Positions 1 to 9,605 of a stretch of DNA of 64,000 nucleotides are shown here, piece after piece. Source of the DNA: an uncultured Acidobacteriota bacterium (lineage in GTDB: Bacteria > Acidobacteriota > Thermoanaerobaculia > UBA5066); contig CAIMWE010000041.1 of the NCBI GenBank assembly GCA_903845115.1, positions 5,802 through 69,801 of the forward strand, given 5' to 3'. Within the stretch, counting starts at the first letter, position 1. Each line of letters begins with the position of its first letter. The notes under the pieces are model-generated. The model made no database searches, was not told the origin of the DNA, and saw nothing but the letters and a program-made list of their open reading frames with translations. The translations under genes and the position numbers were made by a program.

Positions 1-478
1 TCGGCGCCGCCTCGAGGTCCGCGGGACCGAGGGGGGCGTGACGGTCGTGGACGATTTTGCCCATCACCCGACCGCCGTCGGAGAGACGATCCGCGGAGCG
101 AAGGGCCGCTTTCCCGGCCGGCGCCTCTGGGCGGTCTTCGAGCCCCGTTCGATCACCGGGGGCCGGGCCGATTTCGCGCCGGCGTACCTCTCTGCGCTCT
201 CGTCCGCCGATGCGGTCGCCGTCACCCGCCCGTTTCACGCGGCCCGGCTCGGGAGCCCGGCCGGCCCCGGCGCGCTCGACACCGGCTGGCTGGCCGGCGA
301 GCTCACCCGGCGCGGCGTCCCCGCCTTCGACGCGGAGAACGCCGAGGCGCTCGCCCGGACCCTCCTTCCCCGGCTCCTGCCCGGCGACGTCGTCCTCGTG
401 ATGTCCTCGGGCAGCTTCGGGGGGCTCTGCGGCAAGCTTCTCGCCGGCCTCAGCGCTCCGGCCGGACTCCCCTCATAG
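1..478 (+). CDS. Mur ligase family protein, C-terminal part only (MurC/Mpl-like); 5' end lies outside window
   Basis: Frame of ORF 38..478 stays open to nt 1. Motif DDFAHHPTA is typical of the Mur ligase C-terminal domain. The first M at 38 is internal. Confidence 0.55.
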   Translation, partial: RRRLEVRGTEGGVTVVDDFAHHPTAVGETIRGAKGRFPGRRLWAVFEPRSITGGRADFAPAYLSALSSADAVAVTRPFHAARLGSPAGPGALDTGWLAGELTRRGVPAFDAENAEALARTLLPRLLPGDVVLVMSSGSFGGLCGKLLAGLSAPAGLPS

Positions 479-1288
479 GACTTCCTCGTTCAGCGTTCCC
501 TCGAAGACGACGCGGGCGTCGCCGGTGAGCGTCACGTCCCGGGCGACGCCGCCGTCGAGCCGGAAGGAGACGACCAGCTCCTCCCCGGAGCGCGTCGCGA
601 GCGTCACCGGAGGAGCGACCGGCCCGCGGCAGGCGGCCACCACGGCCGCGGCCACGACGCCGGAGCCGCAGGCCAGCGTCTCTCCCTCCACCCCGCGCTC
701 CCAGCTCCGGATCGCCAGCCTCCCCCCGGCGGCCGGCGCCACGAAGTGGACGTTGGCCCCGTCCGGCAGGGCCGGGTGATGCCGCAACCCGGGGGCCATC
801 GACGCGAGGTCGAGCCGGGCCAGCTCGGTCCGGCCGCTCGTGAAGACGACGAGGTGCGGAACGCCCACCGAGACCGCCACTCCCGTCCTCTCGACGAGGA
901 TCTCCTCCGGGTCGAACGTGGAAAGCTCCTCCCCCGGGCCGACCGGCTCGGGCAGCCGGAGGGTGACCCGGGCTCCGGGGTGGACGGTCGCGCCGACGTT
1001 TCCCCAGCCGGTCCGGACGGTCAGCTCGGGGCCCGTGCCCAGGCGCAGGCTTCCGAACCGGGCCGCGCACCGGGTACCGTTGGCGCAGAACCGCGCCGCT
1101 CCTCCGTCCGCGTTGTAGTAGTCGGCAACGACGATCGGGACGTTCCCCGGAACGGCATTCAGGAACAGGACCCCGTCCGCGCCGACCCCGGTCCCCCGTT
1201 CGCACAGATGCCGGATCGTGGCCCTCTCCCGCGGCCCCACCTCGACCCGTCCGTCGAACACCAGGAAGTCGTTGCCGGCTCCGCTCAT
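473..1288 (-). CDS. dapF: diaminopimelate epimerase
   Basis: The tail of the long ORF 473..1918 reads MSGAGNDFLVFDG...; the GNDF N-terminus is a DapF hallmark and the second active-site Cys region (LACGSG) is present. Start trimmed to the ATG at 1288, giving about 271 aa. Confidence 0.85.
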   Translation of the reverse strand: MSGAGNDFLVFDGRVEVGPRERATIRHLCERGTGVGADGVLFLNAVPGNVPIVVADYYNADGGAARFCANGTRCAARFGSLRLGTGPELTVRTGWGNVGATVHPGARVTLRLPEPVGPGEELSTFDPEEILVERTGVAVSVGVPHLVVFTSGRTELARLDLASMAPGLRHHPALPDGANVHFVAPAAGGRLAIRSWERGVEGETLACGSGVVAAAVVAACRGPVAPPVTLATRSGEELVVSFRLDGGVARDVTLTGDARVVFEGTLNEEVL

Positions 1289-1338
1289 CTTCGTGAACCG
1301 GCGGGGGAGGCCGCCGACGGTCCTCTCTCCCGGGCCCG

Positions 1339-2496
1339 TCACCGGGGCCCGCCGGAGGGGTCGGTCGCCGCCTCGCTCCTGGGGCTCTCGTTCCCGGACC
1401 GGTCGACCGCGGTCACGGCGTAGAGCGCGAGCGGGTCCGACCCGGGGACGAACCAGGTCGTGTCCGAGGCCGCGAAGGGGAGCCTCTCCCACGGAGCCGT
1501 CGGTCCCCTTCGACGATAGACCCGGTAGTGGTCGACGTCCGGCGCGAGGACCGGATTCCAGACGAGACGGTTTCCGTCCACCTCGGGGAGGACCTGGAAA
1601 CCCTCTGGGCGCGGCGGAGGGAAGACGTCGCGCGTGTCGGCCAACGCCTCGTCGGCCGGAGGCCCGAGCGCCACGGGCTCCTCCTTGCCCTTGGGGAGGC
1701 CCGCGGGCGCACGGATTCCGGGCGGGATCCCGCGCACCGTGTAGCAGTATTTCCGGTCGGGCTGGACCGTCCGGTCGACGAACCACTCGAGCTTCTCGAC
1801 GGCGATCGGTCCCTCGTAGATCGGCTCCGCCCCGGGGACGCACTCGCGGCGGAAGACCGCGTAGCTCTCGACCGTCACCGGCTTCGAGCCGTCGAGCATC
1901 GCCAGCGGTCTTTCCCACTCGAGGCAGACGAGCCCCTCCTCGACCAGGGCCGTCAGCCCCGTCGGCTCGCCGGGCGGCACCAGGGGACGGATCGCGACGA
2001 GGGGGGAGATCTCGGAGACCTTCCGCCGGTCGCGGGTCACCGTGATGCCGTAGCGGAGGAAGACCTTCCCCAGCCTCTTTCCGGCGAACAGCGTGGAGAG
2101 GGAGTCCCGGACGACCACGTCGCCGCCCAGCGTGGCCGCGTCGAGGTCCGGCCGGGTCAGTTCGACGACCTTCTCGGCCCTCGTCAGGAAGAGGCGCTCT
2201 TCCCGCTCCCGCTGGGCGCCCGTGGGTGGCGGAGGCACCATCGCCCCCTGCGGCGCCGGGAGCAGCTCCCGGTAGATCGTCACCTTCGTCAGCCCTTCGA
2301 GGGGCGTGCCGACCGTCGTCCTCGACGGGAAAGGGAAGCGGAGAACGGCGTCGGACCCTTCCTGGGAGAGGCGGATCGGATCGACTCTCGCGGGAAGGAC
2401 CTGCAGCGGCGCCTCGGGCGGGAGCTTCCGGCCGCAGCCGGCCGCCCCGGCGAGCGCGAGGAGCAGCAGGCTTCGCGCCGCCGACCGGGCCCTCAT
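1339..2496 (-). CDS. hypothetical lipoprotein with a possible C-terminal Fn3-like domain
   Basis: N-terminus [21 protein letters not shown] has a lipobox (LAGAAGC). The ORF is 385 aa with protein-like composition. Confidence 0.55.
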   Translation of the reverse strand: MRARSAARSLLLLALAGAAGCGRKLPPEAPLQVLPARVDPIRLSQEGSDAVLRFPFPSRTTVGTPLEGLTKVTIYRELLPAPQGAMVPPPPTGAQREREERLFLTRAEKVVELTRPDLDAATLGGDVVVRDSLSTLFAGKRLGKVFLRYGITVTRDRRKVSEISPLVAIRPLVPPGEPTGLTALVEEGLVCLEWERPLAMLDGSKPVTVESYAVFRRECVPGAEPIYEGPIAVEKLEWFVDRTVQPDRKYCYTVRGIPPGIRAPAGLPKGKEEPVALGPPADEALADTRDVFPPPRPEGFQVLPEVDGNRLVWNPVLAPDVDHYRVYRRRGPTAPWERLPFAASDTTWFVPGSDPLALYAVTAVDRSGNESPRSEAATDPSGGPR

Positions 2497-3872
2497 AGGA
2501 CGAATCGCGAGAGATCCCGGTTCTTCACGAGGTCCGCCAGCGCGCGTCCGACGTACGCCCCGTCGATCACGACGCGCGCGCCGGCAGCGTCCGGCCCGGC
2601 GAACGAGACTTCCTCGAGGACCTTCTCGAGGATCGTGTGGAGCCGGCGGGCGCCGATGTTCTCGAGGTTCCGGTTCAGCTCCGCGGCCGCCGCCGCGATG
2701 GCCGACAGCCCTTCCCGGTCGAAGACCACCTCGATCCCGTCCGCCGAGAGGAGCGCGGCGGCCTGCTTCGGAAGCGCGTGCTCCGGCTCGGTCAGGATCC
2801 TCAGGAAATCGTCCTCGCTCAGGGCGTTCAGCTCCACCCGGATCGGGAATCGCCCCTGCAGCTCGGGGATCAGGTCCGAGGGGCGGGCGACGTGAAACGC
2901 CCCGGCCGCCACGAAGAGGACGTGGTCGGTCCGGACGAGGCCGTGCTTCGTCTTCACCGTCGTCCCCTCGACCAGCGGCAGCAGGTCGCGCTGGACCCCC
3001 TCGCGAGAGACGTCCGGCCCGCCGCGGGAGCCCTCCCTTCCGGCGATCTTGTCGATCTCGTCGAGGAAGACGATCCCCGTCTCCTCCACGCGCCGGATGG
3101 CCTCCTGCGGGACGGTCGCCTCGTCGGTGAGGAGGTCCGCCTCGGCCTCCAGGAGGAGCGGCCGGGCGTCGGAGACGGGCAGCCTGGTCTTCTTCTTCTT
3201 CTTCGGGCCGCCGAACAGGCCCGGGAGCATTCCGGGGAGGTCGATCCCCATCTCCTCGACTCCCTGCGGCGTCATCACCGAGATCTGCGGCGTCCGGTCG
3301 TCGGCCACCTCCAGCTCGACCTCGCGCGTCTCGTGGCGCCCTTCCCGGAGGTCTCGCCGGATCCTGTCGCGCCCCTCGGCGACCCCGGCCGTCCCGGTGA
3401 CCGGGTCGACGGCGGTCGCCCTCACCAGCAGATCGACGAGCTTCTCCTCGGCCGCGGCCGCGGCCCGGTCCATCACCCGGGAGCGCCGCTCGTCCTTCAC
3501 GAGGCGGATCGCGGCCTCGACGAGGTCGCGGGCGATCGAGTCGACGTCCCGCCCGACGTAGCCGACCTCGGTGAACTTCGAGGCCTCCACCTTGACGAAC
3601 GGGGCGTCGGTGAGCCGGGCCAGGCGCCGCGCGATCTCGGTCTTGCCGACCCCCGTCGGGCCGATCATCAGGATGTTCTTCGGGGTGATCTCGCGGGCCT
3701 GCTCGCGAGGGAGGCTCTGTCGCCGCCAGCGGTCGCGGAGCGCGATGGCGACCGCCCGCTTCGCCCGGCCCTGTCCGACCACGTGGCGGTCCAGCTCGGC
3801 GACGATCTTCCGCGGCGAGAGGTCCGCCAGCCGGTGCTCCCGCGGGCCAGCGGGAAGGGCGGTCCCGCTCAC
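2493..3872 (-). CDS. hslU: ATP-dependent protease ATPase subunit HslU
   Basis: Walker A motif [15 protein letters not shown] and typical HslU N- and C-terminal regions. The start overlaps the hslV stop by 4 nt. Confidence 0.9.
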   Translation of the reverse strand: MSGTALPAGPREHRLADLSPRKIVAELDRHVVGQGRAKRAVAIALRDRWRRQSLPREQAREITPKNILMIGPTGVGKTEIARRLARLTDAPFVKVEASKFTEVGYVGRDVDSIARDLVEAAIRLVKDERRSRVMDRAAAAAEEKLVDLLVRATAVDPVTGTAGVAEGRDRIRRDLREGRHETREVELEVADDRTPQISVMTPQGVEEMGIDLPGMLPGLFGGPKKKKKTRLPVSDARPLLLEAEADLLTDEATVPQEAIRRVEETGIVFLDEIDKIAGREGSRGGPDVSREGVQRDLLPLVEGTTVKTKHGLVRTDHVLFVAAGAFHVARPSDLIPELQGRFPIRVELNALSEDDFLRILTEPEHALPKQAAALLSADGIEVVFDREGLSAIAAAAAELNRNLENIGARRLHTILEKVLEEVSFAGPDAAGARVVIDGAYVGRALADLVKNRDLSRFVL

Positions 3873-4411
3873 GGCAGGGTCTCCACCCGGATCGAGTCGT
3901 TCGTGTAGATGTCGATCCCGGCCGCGATCTTGAGCGCCTCGAGGACGATCGCGTCGGCCGGGAGCGCCGTGTGGTTCAGGAGCGCCCGCGCCGCCGCCGC
4001 CGCGTAGGGTCCCCCGGAGCCGACCGCGAGGATCCCGTCGTCCGGCGCGATGACGTCCCCGGTTCCCGAGAGGAGGAGCGAGTGGCTCCGGTCGGCCACG
4101 ACGAGGAGCGCCTCGAGAGAGCGGAGGGACTTCTCGGTCCTCCAGTCCGTCGCCAGCTCGACCGCCGCCCGCTCGAGCTGGCCGTGGAACTGCTCGAGCT
4201 TCCTCTCGAAGCGGGTGAAGAGCGTCATCGCGTCGGCGGTCGATCCCGCGAAGCCGGCCAGGACCTTGCCGTCGAGGAGCCGCCGGATCTTGGACGCCCC
4301 GTGCTTCAGGACCGTGGTTCCGAGGGTCACCTGGCCGTCCCCGCCCACGGCGACGACGCCGTCCCGCCGGACGGAGAGGATGGTCGTATGCCGGAATTCT
4401 TGTCGCGCCAC
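3869..4411 (-). CDS. hslV: ATP-dependent protease subunit HslV
   Basis: N-terminal [10 protein letters not shown] after Met (Thr nucleophile), [14 protein letters not shown] motif, 180 aa. Confidence 0.9.
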   Translation of the reverse strand: MARQEFRHTTILSVRRDGVVAVGGDGQVTLGTTVLKHGASKIRRLLDGKVLAGFAGSTADAMTLFTRFERKLEQFHGQLERAAVELATDWRTEKSLRSLEALLVVADRSHSLLLSGTGDVIAPDDGILAVGSGGPYAAAAARALLNHTALPADAIVLEALKIAAGIDIYTNDSIRVETLP

Positions 4412-4458
4412 GGGAGGAGTCTAGGATCCTGCTCCGGGAATCGGAAGCGGACCCGCTG

Positions 4459-5385
4459 TCACCCCCCGCCCTTCGCCTTCGGGTGGCTCTTCCGGTAGAC
4501 CTCGATGAGCCGCTCCGCGTCGAGGTGGGTGTACTTCTGGGTCGTCGACAGCGACGCGTGGCCGAGCAGCTCCTGGATCGTCCGGAGGTCGGCCCCGGCG
4601 GCCAGGAGGTGCGTGGCGAACGAGTGCCGGAGCGCGTGCGGCGAGGCGTGGCGCTCCACCTCGGCGGAGAAGAGCGCCCGGTCGAGGATCCTCCGGACGC
4701 TCCGGTCGGTCAGGCGGGCTCCCCGAGCGTTCAGGAAGAGCGGCTCGCGCCCGCGGCCCGGGGCGGCCGGACGGAGCGCGTCCCGGACCGGCAGGTACGA
4801 GCGGATCGCCTCCGCGGCCTTCTCGCCGAACGGGACGAGGCGCTCCTTTCGCCCCTTGCCGAGCGTCCGGAGCTGCCTCGAGGAGACGTCGACGTCGGCC
4901 AGGTCGAGCCCGACCAGCTCCGACACGCGGAGCCCCGTCGCGTAGAGCAGCTCCAGGAGCGCCCGGTCCCGGATCCCCAGGGCCGCGTCGGGATCCGGGG
5001 CCTCCACGACGGCGCTCGCCTCCTCCACCGAGAGCGTTCTCGGGAGCGTGGCGTCCGGGCGGGGGCTCGAGACGGCGCGGGCCGGGTTCGAGTCGGCCCG
5101 CCCCTCCCGCATCAGGAAGGTGAAGAAGGTCCGGAGGGCGGAGAGGTGGCGGCCGATGGAGCTCTTCTGGAGCCCCTCCTTGCGCAGGTAGGCGAGAAAC
5201 GACCGGACGGCCAGCGCATCCACCTCTCCGGCGGCGATCGTGCCGACCTCCCTGGAGAGGAAGGTCCCCGAGAGGAAGTCGAGGAACTGGCCGACGTCGT
5301 GAAGGTAGGAGCGGCGCGTGTGCTCCGAGACGCCCCGCTCGTCTCGGAGGTTCCGGTCGAAGGCGACCAGGTCGTCGACGAGCAC
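4459..5385 (-). CDS. xerC: tyrosine recombinase XerC/XerD family (CodV-like)
   Basis: C-terminal catalytic region HALRHSFATHLL...GH.S..TTQ.YTH and an N-terminal SAM-like core-binding domain. Start trimmed to an in-frame GTG about 5385, because the longer ORF start at 5538 would overlap the trmFO 3' end. Confidence 0.75.
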   Translation of the reverse strand: MLVDDLVAFDRNLRDERGVSEHTRRSYLHDVGQFLDFLSGTFLSREVGTIAAGEVDALAVRSFLAYLRKEGLQKSSIGRHLSALRTFFTFLMREGRADSNPARAVSSPRPDATLPRTLSVEEASAVVEAPDPDAALGIRDRALLELLYATGLRVSELVGLDLADVDVSSRQLRTLGKGRKERLVPFGEKAAEAIRSYLPVRDALRPAAPGRGREPLFLNARGARLTDRSVRRILDRALFSAEVERHASPHALRHSFATHLLAAGADLRTIQELLGHASLSTTQKYTHLDAERLIEVYRKSHPKAKGGG

Positions 5386-5389
5386 GGCG

Positions 5390-6766
5390 CTAGCCCCCCG
5401 TCCCCTCCGCGATCCTCTCCGGCGTCTCGCCCGGGTCCCCGAGCGCGGCCCGGTTCCACGCGACGGTTTCCGCGAGCGCGCGCCGGCAGATCTCCTCCCG
5501 CCTCTTCGCCTTGTCCCGGATCGGCGGGACGTCGGCATCGTCGAAGAGGCCGAAGGTCACCTTCATGGGGGCGTAGTCGCGTTCCGAGTGCCCGGAGACG
5601 TGGCGGGTCAGCGCCCCGAGCGCCGTCGAGAACGGGATGGGGACCGGTTCCCGTCCCTCGATCCGCTGCGCGAGGGTGGCCCCCACCAGCAACCCGGTGG
5701 CCGCCGACTCGAGATACCCCTCCACCCCGGTGATCTGCCCGGCGAAGGAGACGCGCGGGTCCTTCTTCCAGGCGAGCAGCCGGTCGAGATGCGCCGGGCC
5801 GTTGATGTAGGTGTTCCGGTGGAGGAGGCCGAACCGGACGAACCGCGCCTCGCCCAGGCCCGGAAGCGTCCTGAAGATCCGGCGCTGCTCGCCCTGCCGG
5901 AGCTTCGTCTGGAAGCCGACGATGTTGTAGTGGTCCTTCGCGAGGTCGTCCTGCCGGAGCTGGACGACGGCGTGGGCCTCCCGCCCCGTCCGGGGGTCTG
6001 GCAGGCCGAACGGCTTCATCGGGCCATGCCGGAGCGTGTCGAGGCCTCTCGCGGCCATCTCCTCGATCGGGAGGCACCCCTCGAAGTAGGCCGCGTTCTC
6101 GAAGTCGTGCAGGGGCACCTTCTCGCCGGCGAGGAGGTCCCCCACGAACGTCTCGTACTCGGCCCGGGTGAGCGGGATGTTCAGGTAGTCGGCGCTCCCT
6201 CCCTTTCCCCAGCGGCTCGCCGCGAAGAGGCGGGACAGGTCGATCGACTCGGCGTCCACGATCGGCGCGACGGCGTCGTAGAAGTAGAGGTACTCGCCGC
6301 CCAGGGCCTGCCGGAGCGATTCCGCCAGCGAAGGCGAGGTGAGCGGCCCGGTCGCGACCACCACGAAACCCGCTTCCGCGTCGGGCAGCTCCTCCGCCTC
6401 GGCTCGGACCAGCTCGATCTCGGGGCGGGCGGCGATCCTCGCGGTGACCCCTTCGGCGAAGAGGGTCCGGTCGACCGCCAGGGCGTCGCCTGCCGGAACG
6501 GCCGCCCGGCGCGCCTCGGCGAGGACGAGCGACCCGATCCCCTCCATCTCCCGCTTCAGGAGCCCAACGGCGTTCGCCGGATTATCCGACCGGAAGGAGT
6601 TCGAGCAGACCATCTCGGCGAGCCGGTCGGTCGTGTGGGCGTCGGTGGTCCGGACCGGCCGCATCTCGACGAGCCGGACCCGATGGCCCCGCCTCGCCAG
6701 CTGCCAGGAGCACTCGACGCCGGCGAGGCCGCCGCCGATCACGGTGACGGGGAGGTTCGTGGACAT
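5390..6766 (-). CDS. trmFO: methylenetetrahydrofolate--tRNA-(uracil-5-)-methyltransferase TrmFO (Gid)
   Basis: N-terminal FAD motif VIGGGLAGVECSWQLA and the conserved TrmFO core, 458 aa. Confidence 0.9.
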   Translation of the reverse strand: MSTNLPVTVIGGGLAGVECSWQLARRGHRVRLVEMRPVRTTDAHTTDRLAEMVCSNSFRSDNPANAVGLLKREMEGIGSLVLAEARRAAVPAGDALAVDRTLFAEGVTARIAARPEIELVRAEAEELPDAEAGFVVVATGPLTSPSLAESLRQALGGEYLYFYDAVAPIVDAESIDLSRLFAASRWGKGGSADYLNIPLTRAEYETFVGDLLAGEKVPLHDFENAAYFEGCLPIEEMAARGLDTLRHGPMKPFGLPDPRTGREAHAVVQLRQDDLAKDHYNIVGFQTKLRQGEQRRIFRTLPGLGEARFVRFGLLHRNTYINGPAHLDRLLAWKKDPRVSFAGQITGVEGYLESAATGLLVGATLAQRIEGREPVPIPFSTALGALTRHVSGHSERDYAPMKVTFGLFDDADVPPIRDKAKRREEICRRALAETVAWNRAALGDPGETPERIAEGTGG

Positions 6767-6777
6767 GACCGGATTCT

Positions 6778-7056
6778 AGGAGCCTGTCCGAGTAAGCGGA
6801 GGGGTCGCGCGGCAGGCGCTTGCGGGGCGAATCCAAGGCGCGCCGGCGAAAGCTGGAGTTGGCTCTCCGCTGAGGAGGCGCAACGCCGGAGACGCCCCGC
6901 AACCGCCGGCCGCCCTTCGGGTTGCGGCAGCACCGGCCCGTCTTCTGCGTTGGCGCTCCTCGGCGATCGCATCGGCATCAGCCTGCGTCGCGCCGCCTTG
7001 AAGCCCGGCCCGTGGTGCTCGCAACGCGGTCCCTCCCATTACTCGGACAGGCTCCT
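6778..7056. repeat. 279-bp intergenic element bounded by a perfect 18-bp inverted repeat (AGGAGCCTGTCCGAGTAA ... TTACTCGGACAGGCTCCT)
   Basis: Read directly: arm 6778..6795 is the exact reverse complement of arm 7039..7056, with 243 bp between. The element lies in the divergent region between the trmFO start (6766) and the methyltransferase start (7078). Confidence 0.6.
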
Positions 7057-7077
7057 GGTGACCCGTAAACTCGAGGG

Positions 7078-7797
7078 GTGACCTTCGAGCGGGACCTCTA
7101 CGACGCCTCGTACTACGAAGGCCTCCACCCGCACCACTGGTTCCGGAACCCGGCGAGGAAATATTTCGAGAGGGACCGGGACGTCCTCCGGGTCGTGGCG
7201 CCGGGGCCGGCCGATCTCGTCGTCGAGCTGGGCTCGGCCAGGGGCGACGTCTCGTTCCTCCTCTCCCGGCGCTGCCGCCAGGTGGTCGGGGTGGATGCGG
7301 CCCCCGAGGCGATCGCGATGGCCGAGACGGAGCGGCGCCGCCGCGGCATCCCCAACGTGCGCTGGCTGGAGGCGGACGTGGCGAACCTCTCCGCGATCGA
7401 GGGTGGGGCCGTCGACGCCGTGGCGGCGATCGACCTGGTCGAGCACATCGACGACCCGACGCTCCGGGCCATGCTGTCGGAGTGCCGCCGGATCCTGAAG
7501 CCCGGGGGCCGCCTCGGGATCTACACGCCCGACCGCCTCCACTACGTCGAGCGGATGAAGGCGCACGGCATCCTCCTCCGCCAGTTTCCCCAGCACATTG
7601 CCGTCCGGACGGCGGCCGCGTATCGCGGCTTCCTCGAGGAGGAGGGGTTCTCCCTCGCGCTCGACACGTGGTCGGTCTCCCCCTTTCCGGCCGTCCGGAT
7701 CGCCGAGCAACTCCTCGCCCCCCTGCCGCTGATCGGGAGGACCTTCCGCTACCGGATCCTCATGAGCGCCGTGTCAATCGGCCCAGCAGCGCGCTGA
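7078..7797 (+). CDS. class I SAM-dependent methyltransferase (paralog 1)
   Basis: GTG start. SAM-binding region VVELGSARGD...VVGVDAAP...IDLVEHI..., PGGRLGIYTP. Clear paralog of 8880..9605. Confidence 0.7.
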   Translation: MTFERDLYDASYYEGLHPHHWFRNPARKYFERDRDVLRVVAPGPADLVVELGSARGDVSFLLSRRCRQVVGVDAAPEAIAMAETERRRRGIPNVRWLEADVANLSAIEGGAVDAVAAIDLVEHIDDPTLRAMLSECRRILKPGGRLGIYTPDRLHYVERMKAHGILLRQFPQHIAVRTAAAYRGFLEEEGFSLALDTWSVSPFPAVRIAEQLLAPLPLIGRTFRYRILMSAVSIGPAAR

Positions 7798-8917
7798 GCG
7801 GAAAGAGCGCCGTCGTGAGGAGCGGCAGGGCGAACCTGACGTTCGACAGAGGGACGAGCTTCACGTACTCGTACGGGGCGAGGACGAGGAGCGAGAACGC
7901 CCCAGCCAGGGTCGTCCCCCACCACTCCGCGCGACGAGCCTCCGGCAGGAGGTACCCGAGGAGGGCCGCGAGCGCGACCGGGGCGGTGAAGAGGAGTCCC
8001 GCGTCCAGATCCGTGAACAGGACCGTGAGCCCCTCCAGGATGTTGCCGTGGAACCGCGCGGCGGGGGTCTCGATCCGGAAGGAGCCTCCGACGAGGACCG
8101 CCGCGCGATCGTAGGAGGTCGTGAAGGGACTGCCCCAGAGGAGGGCGTTCGAGGCGAGGAGCAGGAGTGCCCCGGGGGCGAGCCCCGCGGCCGCGCGCAA
8201 CCGGGCTCCGGGGACCTCCGACCGGAGGACCAGGAAGGCTGCCGGCGCCAGGAGCAGCGGCATCGTCGGGCGCAGGAGGAGGGACGCGCCGCCGATCAGG
8301 CCGGCGCGGAGGGGGCGGTCGTCGGCCGCGGCGGCGGCGGCGAGGAGCGCCGCGAGCGCGATCGCGACGTCCACGTTGATCCCCAGGCAGACGAAACTGA
8401 TGGCGGGGTCGAGGACGAAGAGACCGGCCCCCGCGAGGGCTGCCGGCAGGGCGCCCACGAATCGGGCCGCGCGCCACGTGGCGAACCCGAGGAGGGCCGC
8501 GCCGAGGAGGACCGCCGTGACGACGGCGCCTGCCGTGCCCGCCAGCCACGTCCCCGGCGCGATCAGCAGGGCGAAGGCCCACGGGTGCTTCGGATAGAGC
8601 TCGCCGCGCGCCCCGAGCGCGTAGGGCGTACCCCAGACTCTCGTCAGGTCCTGCTGGAGGTCGCGGTCGATCAGCGCCGGGGGGGGGAGCACGATCGAGC
8701 GGCTCTGGACCATCGATCGCGCGATCCGGCAATAGGCGGGAGCATCGGCCCCCCAGGGCTCCGGCCGCGCCGCGAGGCGGGCGAGCCCTCGCGGAATGCC
8801 GGCCACCGACACGAGGGCCGCGACGGCGAGTGCCGCCAGCGCTCCGGAGACCGAGGGACGCACGGCCCGATAATATGGGATGCCGGGATCAGAATTGCCG
8901 ACCCGCTTCGCCCCCAA
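7760..8917 (-). CDS. polytopic membrane protein, possibly a GT-C-fold (ArnT/PMT-like) glycosyltransferase
   Basis: About 10 hydrophobic segments along the protein; 385 aa. The start is uncertain: the ORF start 8917 overlaps the divergent methyltransferase start at 8880, and alternative GTG/ATG starts exist at about 8851 and 8713. The 3' end overlaps MT1 by 38 nt (convergent). Confidence 0.5.
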   Translation of the reverse strand: MGAKRVGNSDPGIPYYRAVRPSVSGALAALAVAALVSVAGIPRGLARLAARPEPWGADAPAYCRIARSMVQSRSIVLPPPALIDRDLQQDLTRVWGTPYALGARGELYPKHPWAFALLIAPGTWLAGTAGAVVTAVLLGAALLGFATWRAARFVGALPAALAGAGLFVLDPAISFVCLGINVDVAIALAALLAAAAAADDRPLRAGLIGGASLLLRPTMPLLLAPAAFLVLRSEVPGARLRAAAGLAPGALLLLASNALLWGSPFTTSYDRAAVLVGGSFRIETPAARFHGNILEGLTVLFTDLDAGLLFTAPVALAALLGYLLPEARRAEWWGTTLAGAFSLLVLAPYEYVKLVPLSNVRFALPLLTTALFPLSALLGRLTRRS

Positions 8918-9605
8918 CGCCGAGGTCTACGACGAGGCGTATTACGCGCGGATGTACCGCCCCCACTGGTTCCTCCGGAACGCGCGGAAGTACCGGGAGC
9001 GGGACGAGGCCCTGCTCCGGCTGGTCCGTCCCCGCCCCTCCATACGCGTCCTGGAAATCGGTTCGGCTCGCGGGGACACCGCCTTCTTCCTGGCGCCTCA
9101 CGTCGGCCTCGTCGTCGGCATCGACGCCGCGCCCGCGGCGGTGGAGCAGGCCCGGGAGCTGGCCTTCCAGCGGGGTGTCCCCAACGTGAGGTTCGAGCTG
9201 GCCGACGCCCGCGACCTCTCGCCGTTCGGGGAGGCTTCTTTCGAGGCGGTCGTCCTCGCCGACTTCGTCGAGCACGTCACGGACGAGGTGCTGCTCCCCG
9301 CCCTCCGCGAGTCCCTCCGGCTCCTCGTTCCGGGGGGCGCCCTCGCGATCTACACCCCCAACCGCGACCACTGGGCCGAGCGGATCAAGGCCACCGTGCC
9401 GGGACTCCAGCAGGCGGACCACATCGCCGTCCGGAGCGCCTCCCGGGTCGTCGAGCTGGTGGCCCGGGGCGGCTTCCAGCTCGACGAGCTGTTCTTCTCG
9501 GCCAGCCCGTATCCGGTCCTGGGCGCGTTGGACCGGCTTCTCCCCTCGCTGTCGGTCTGCCGTTTCCGGACCTGCCTCCGAGCGACACGGCCGGAGCGGG
9601 AGTGA
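8880..9605 (+). CDS. class I SAM-dependent methyltransferase (paralog 2)
   Basis: Shares with 7078..7797 the YD.AYY...HWF.RN.RKY.ERD, E.GSARGD, VVG.DAAP.A, PNVR, VEH, PGG.L.IYTP.R.H..ER.KA and HIAVR.A blocks. Confidence 0.7.
   Translation: MPGSELPTRFAPNAEVYDEAYYARMYRPHWFLRNARKYRERDEALLRLVRPRPSIRVLEIGSARGDTAFFLAPHVGLVVGIDAAPAAVEQARELAFQRGVPNVRFELADARDLSPFGEASFEAVVLADFVEHVTDEVLLPALRESLRLLVPGGALAIYTPNRDHWAERIKATVPGLQQADHIAVRSASRVVELVARGGFQLDELFFSASPYPVLGALDRLLPSLSVCRFRTCLRATRPERE

Noticed and set aside
6778-7056. Considered tmRNA, RNase P RNA, SRP RNA or a SAM riboswitch for the inverted-repeat-bounded element
   Set aside because: None of the family hallmarks is visible: no tag-peptide reading frame ending in ...AA-stop, no GGUUCGAxUCC/CCA 3' end, no P4 AGGAAAGUCCGGGCUCC box, and no SAM-I kink-turn or pseudoknot consensus. 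It is kept only as an unexplained structured repeat.
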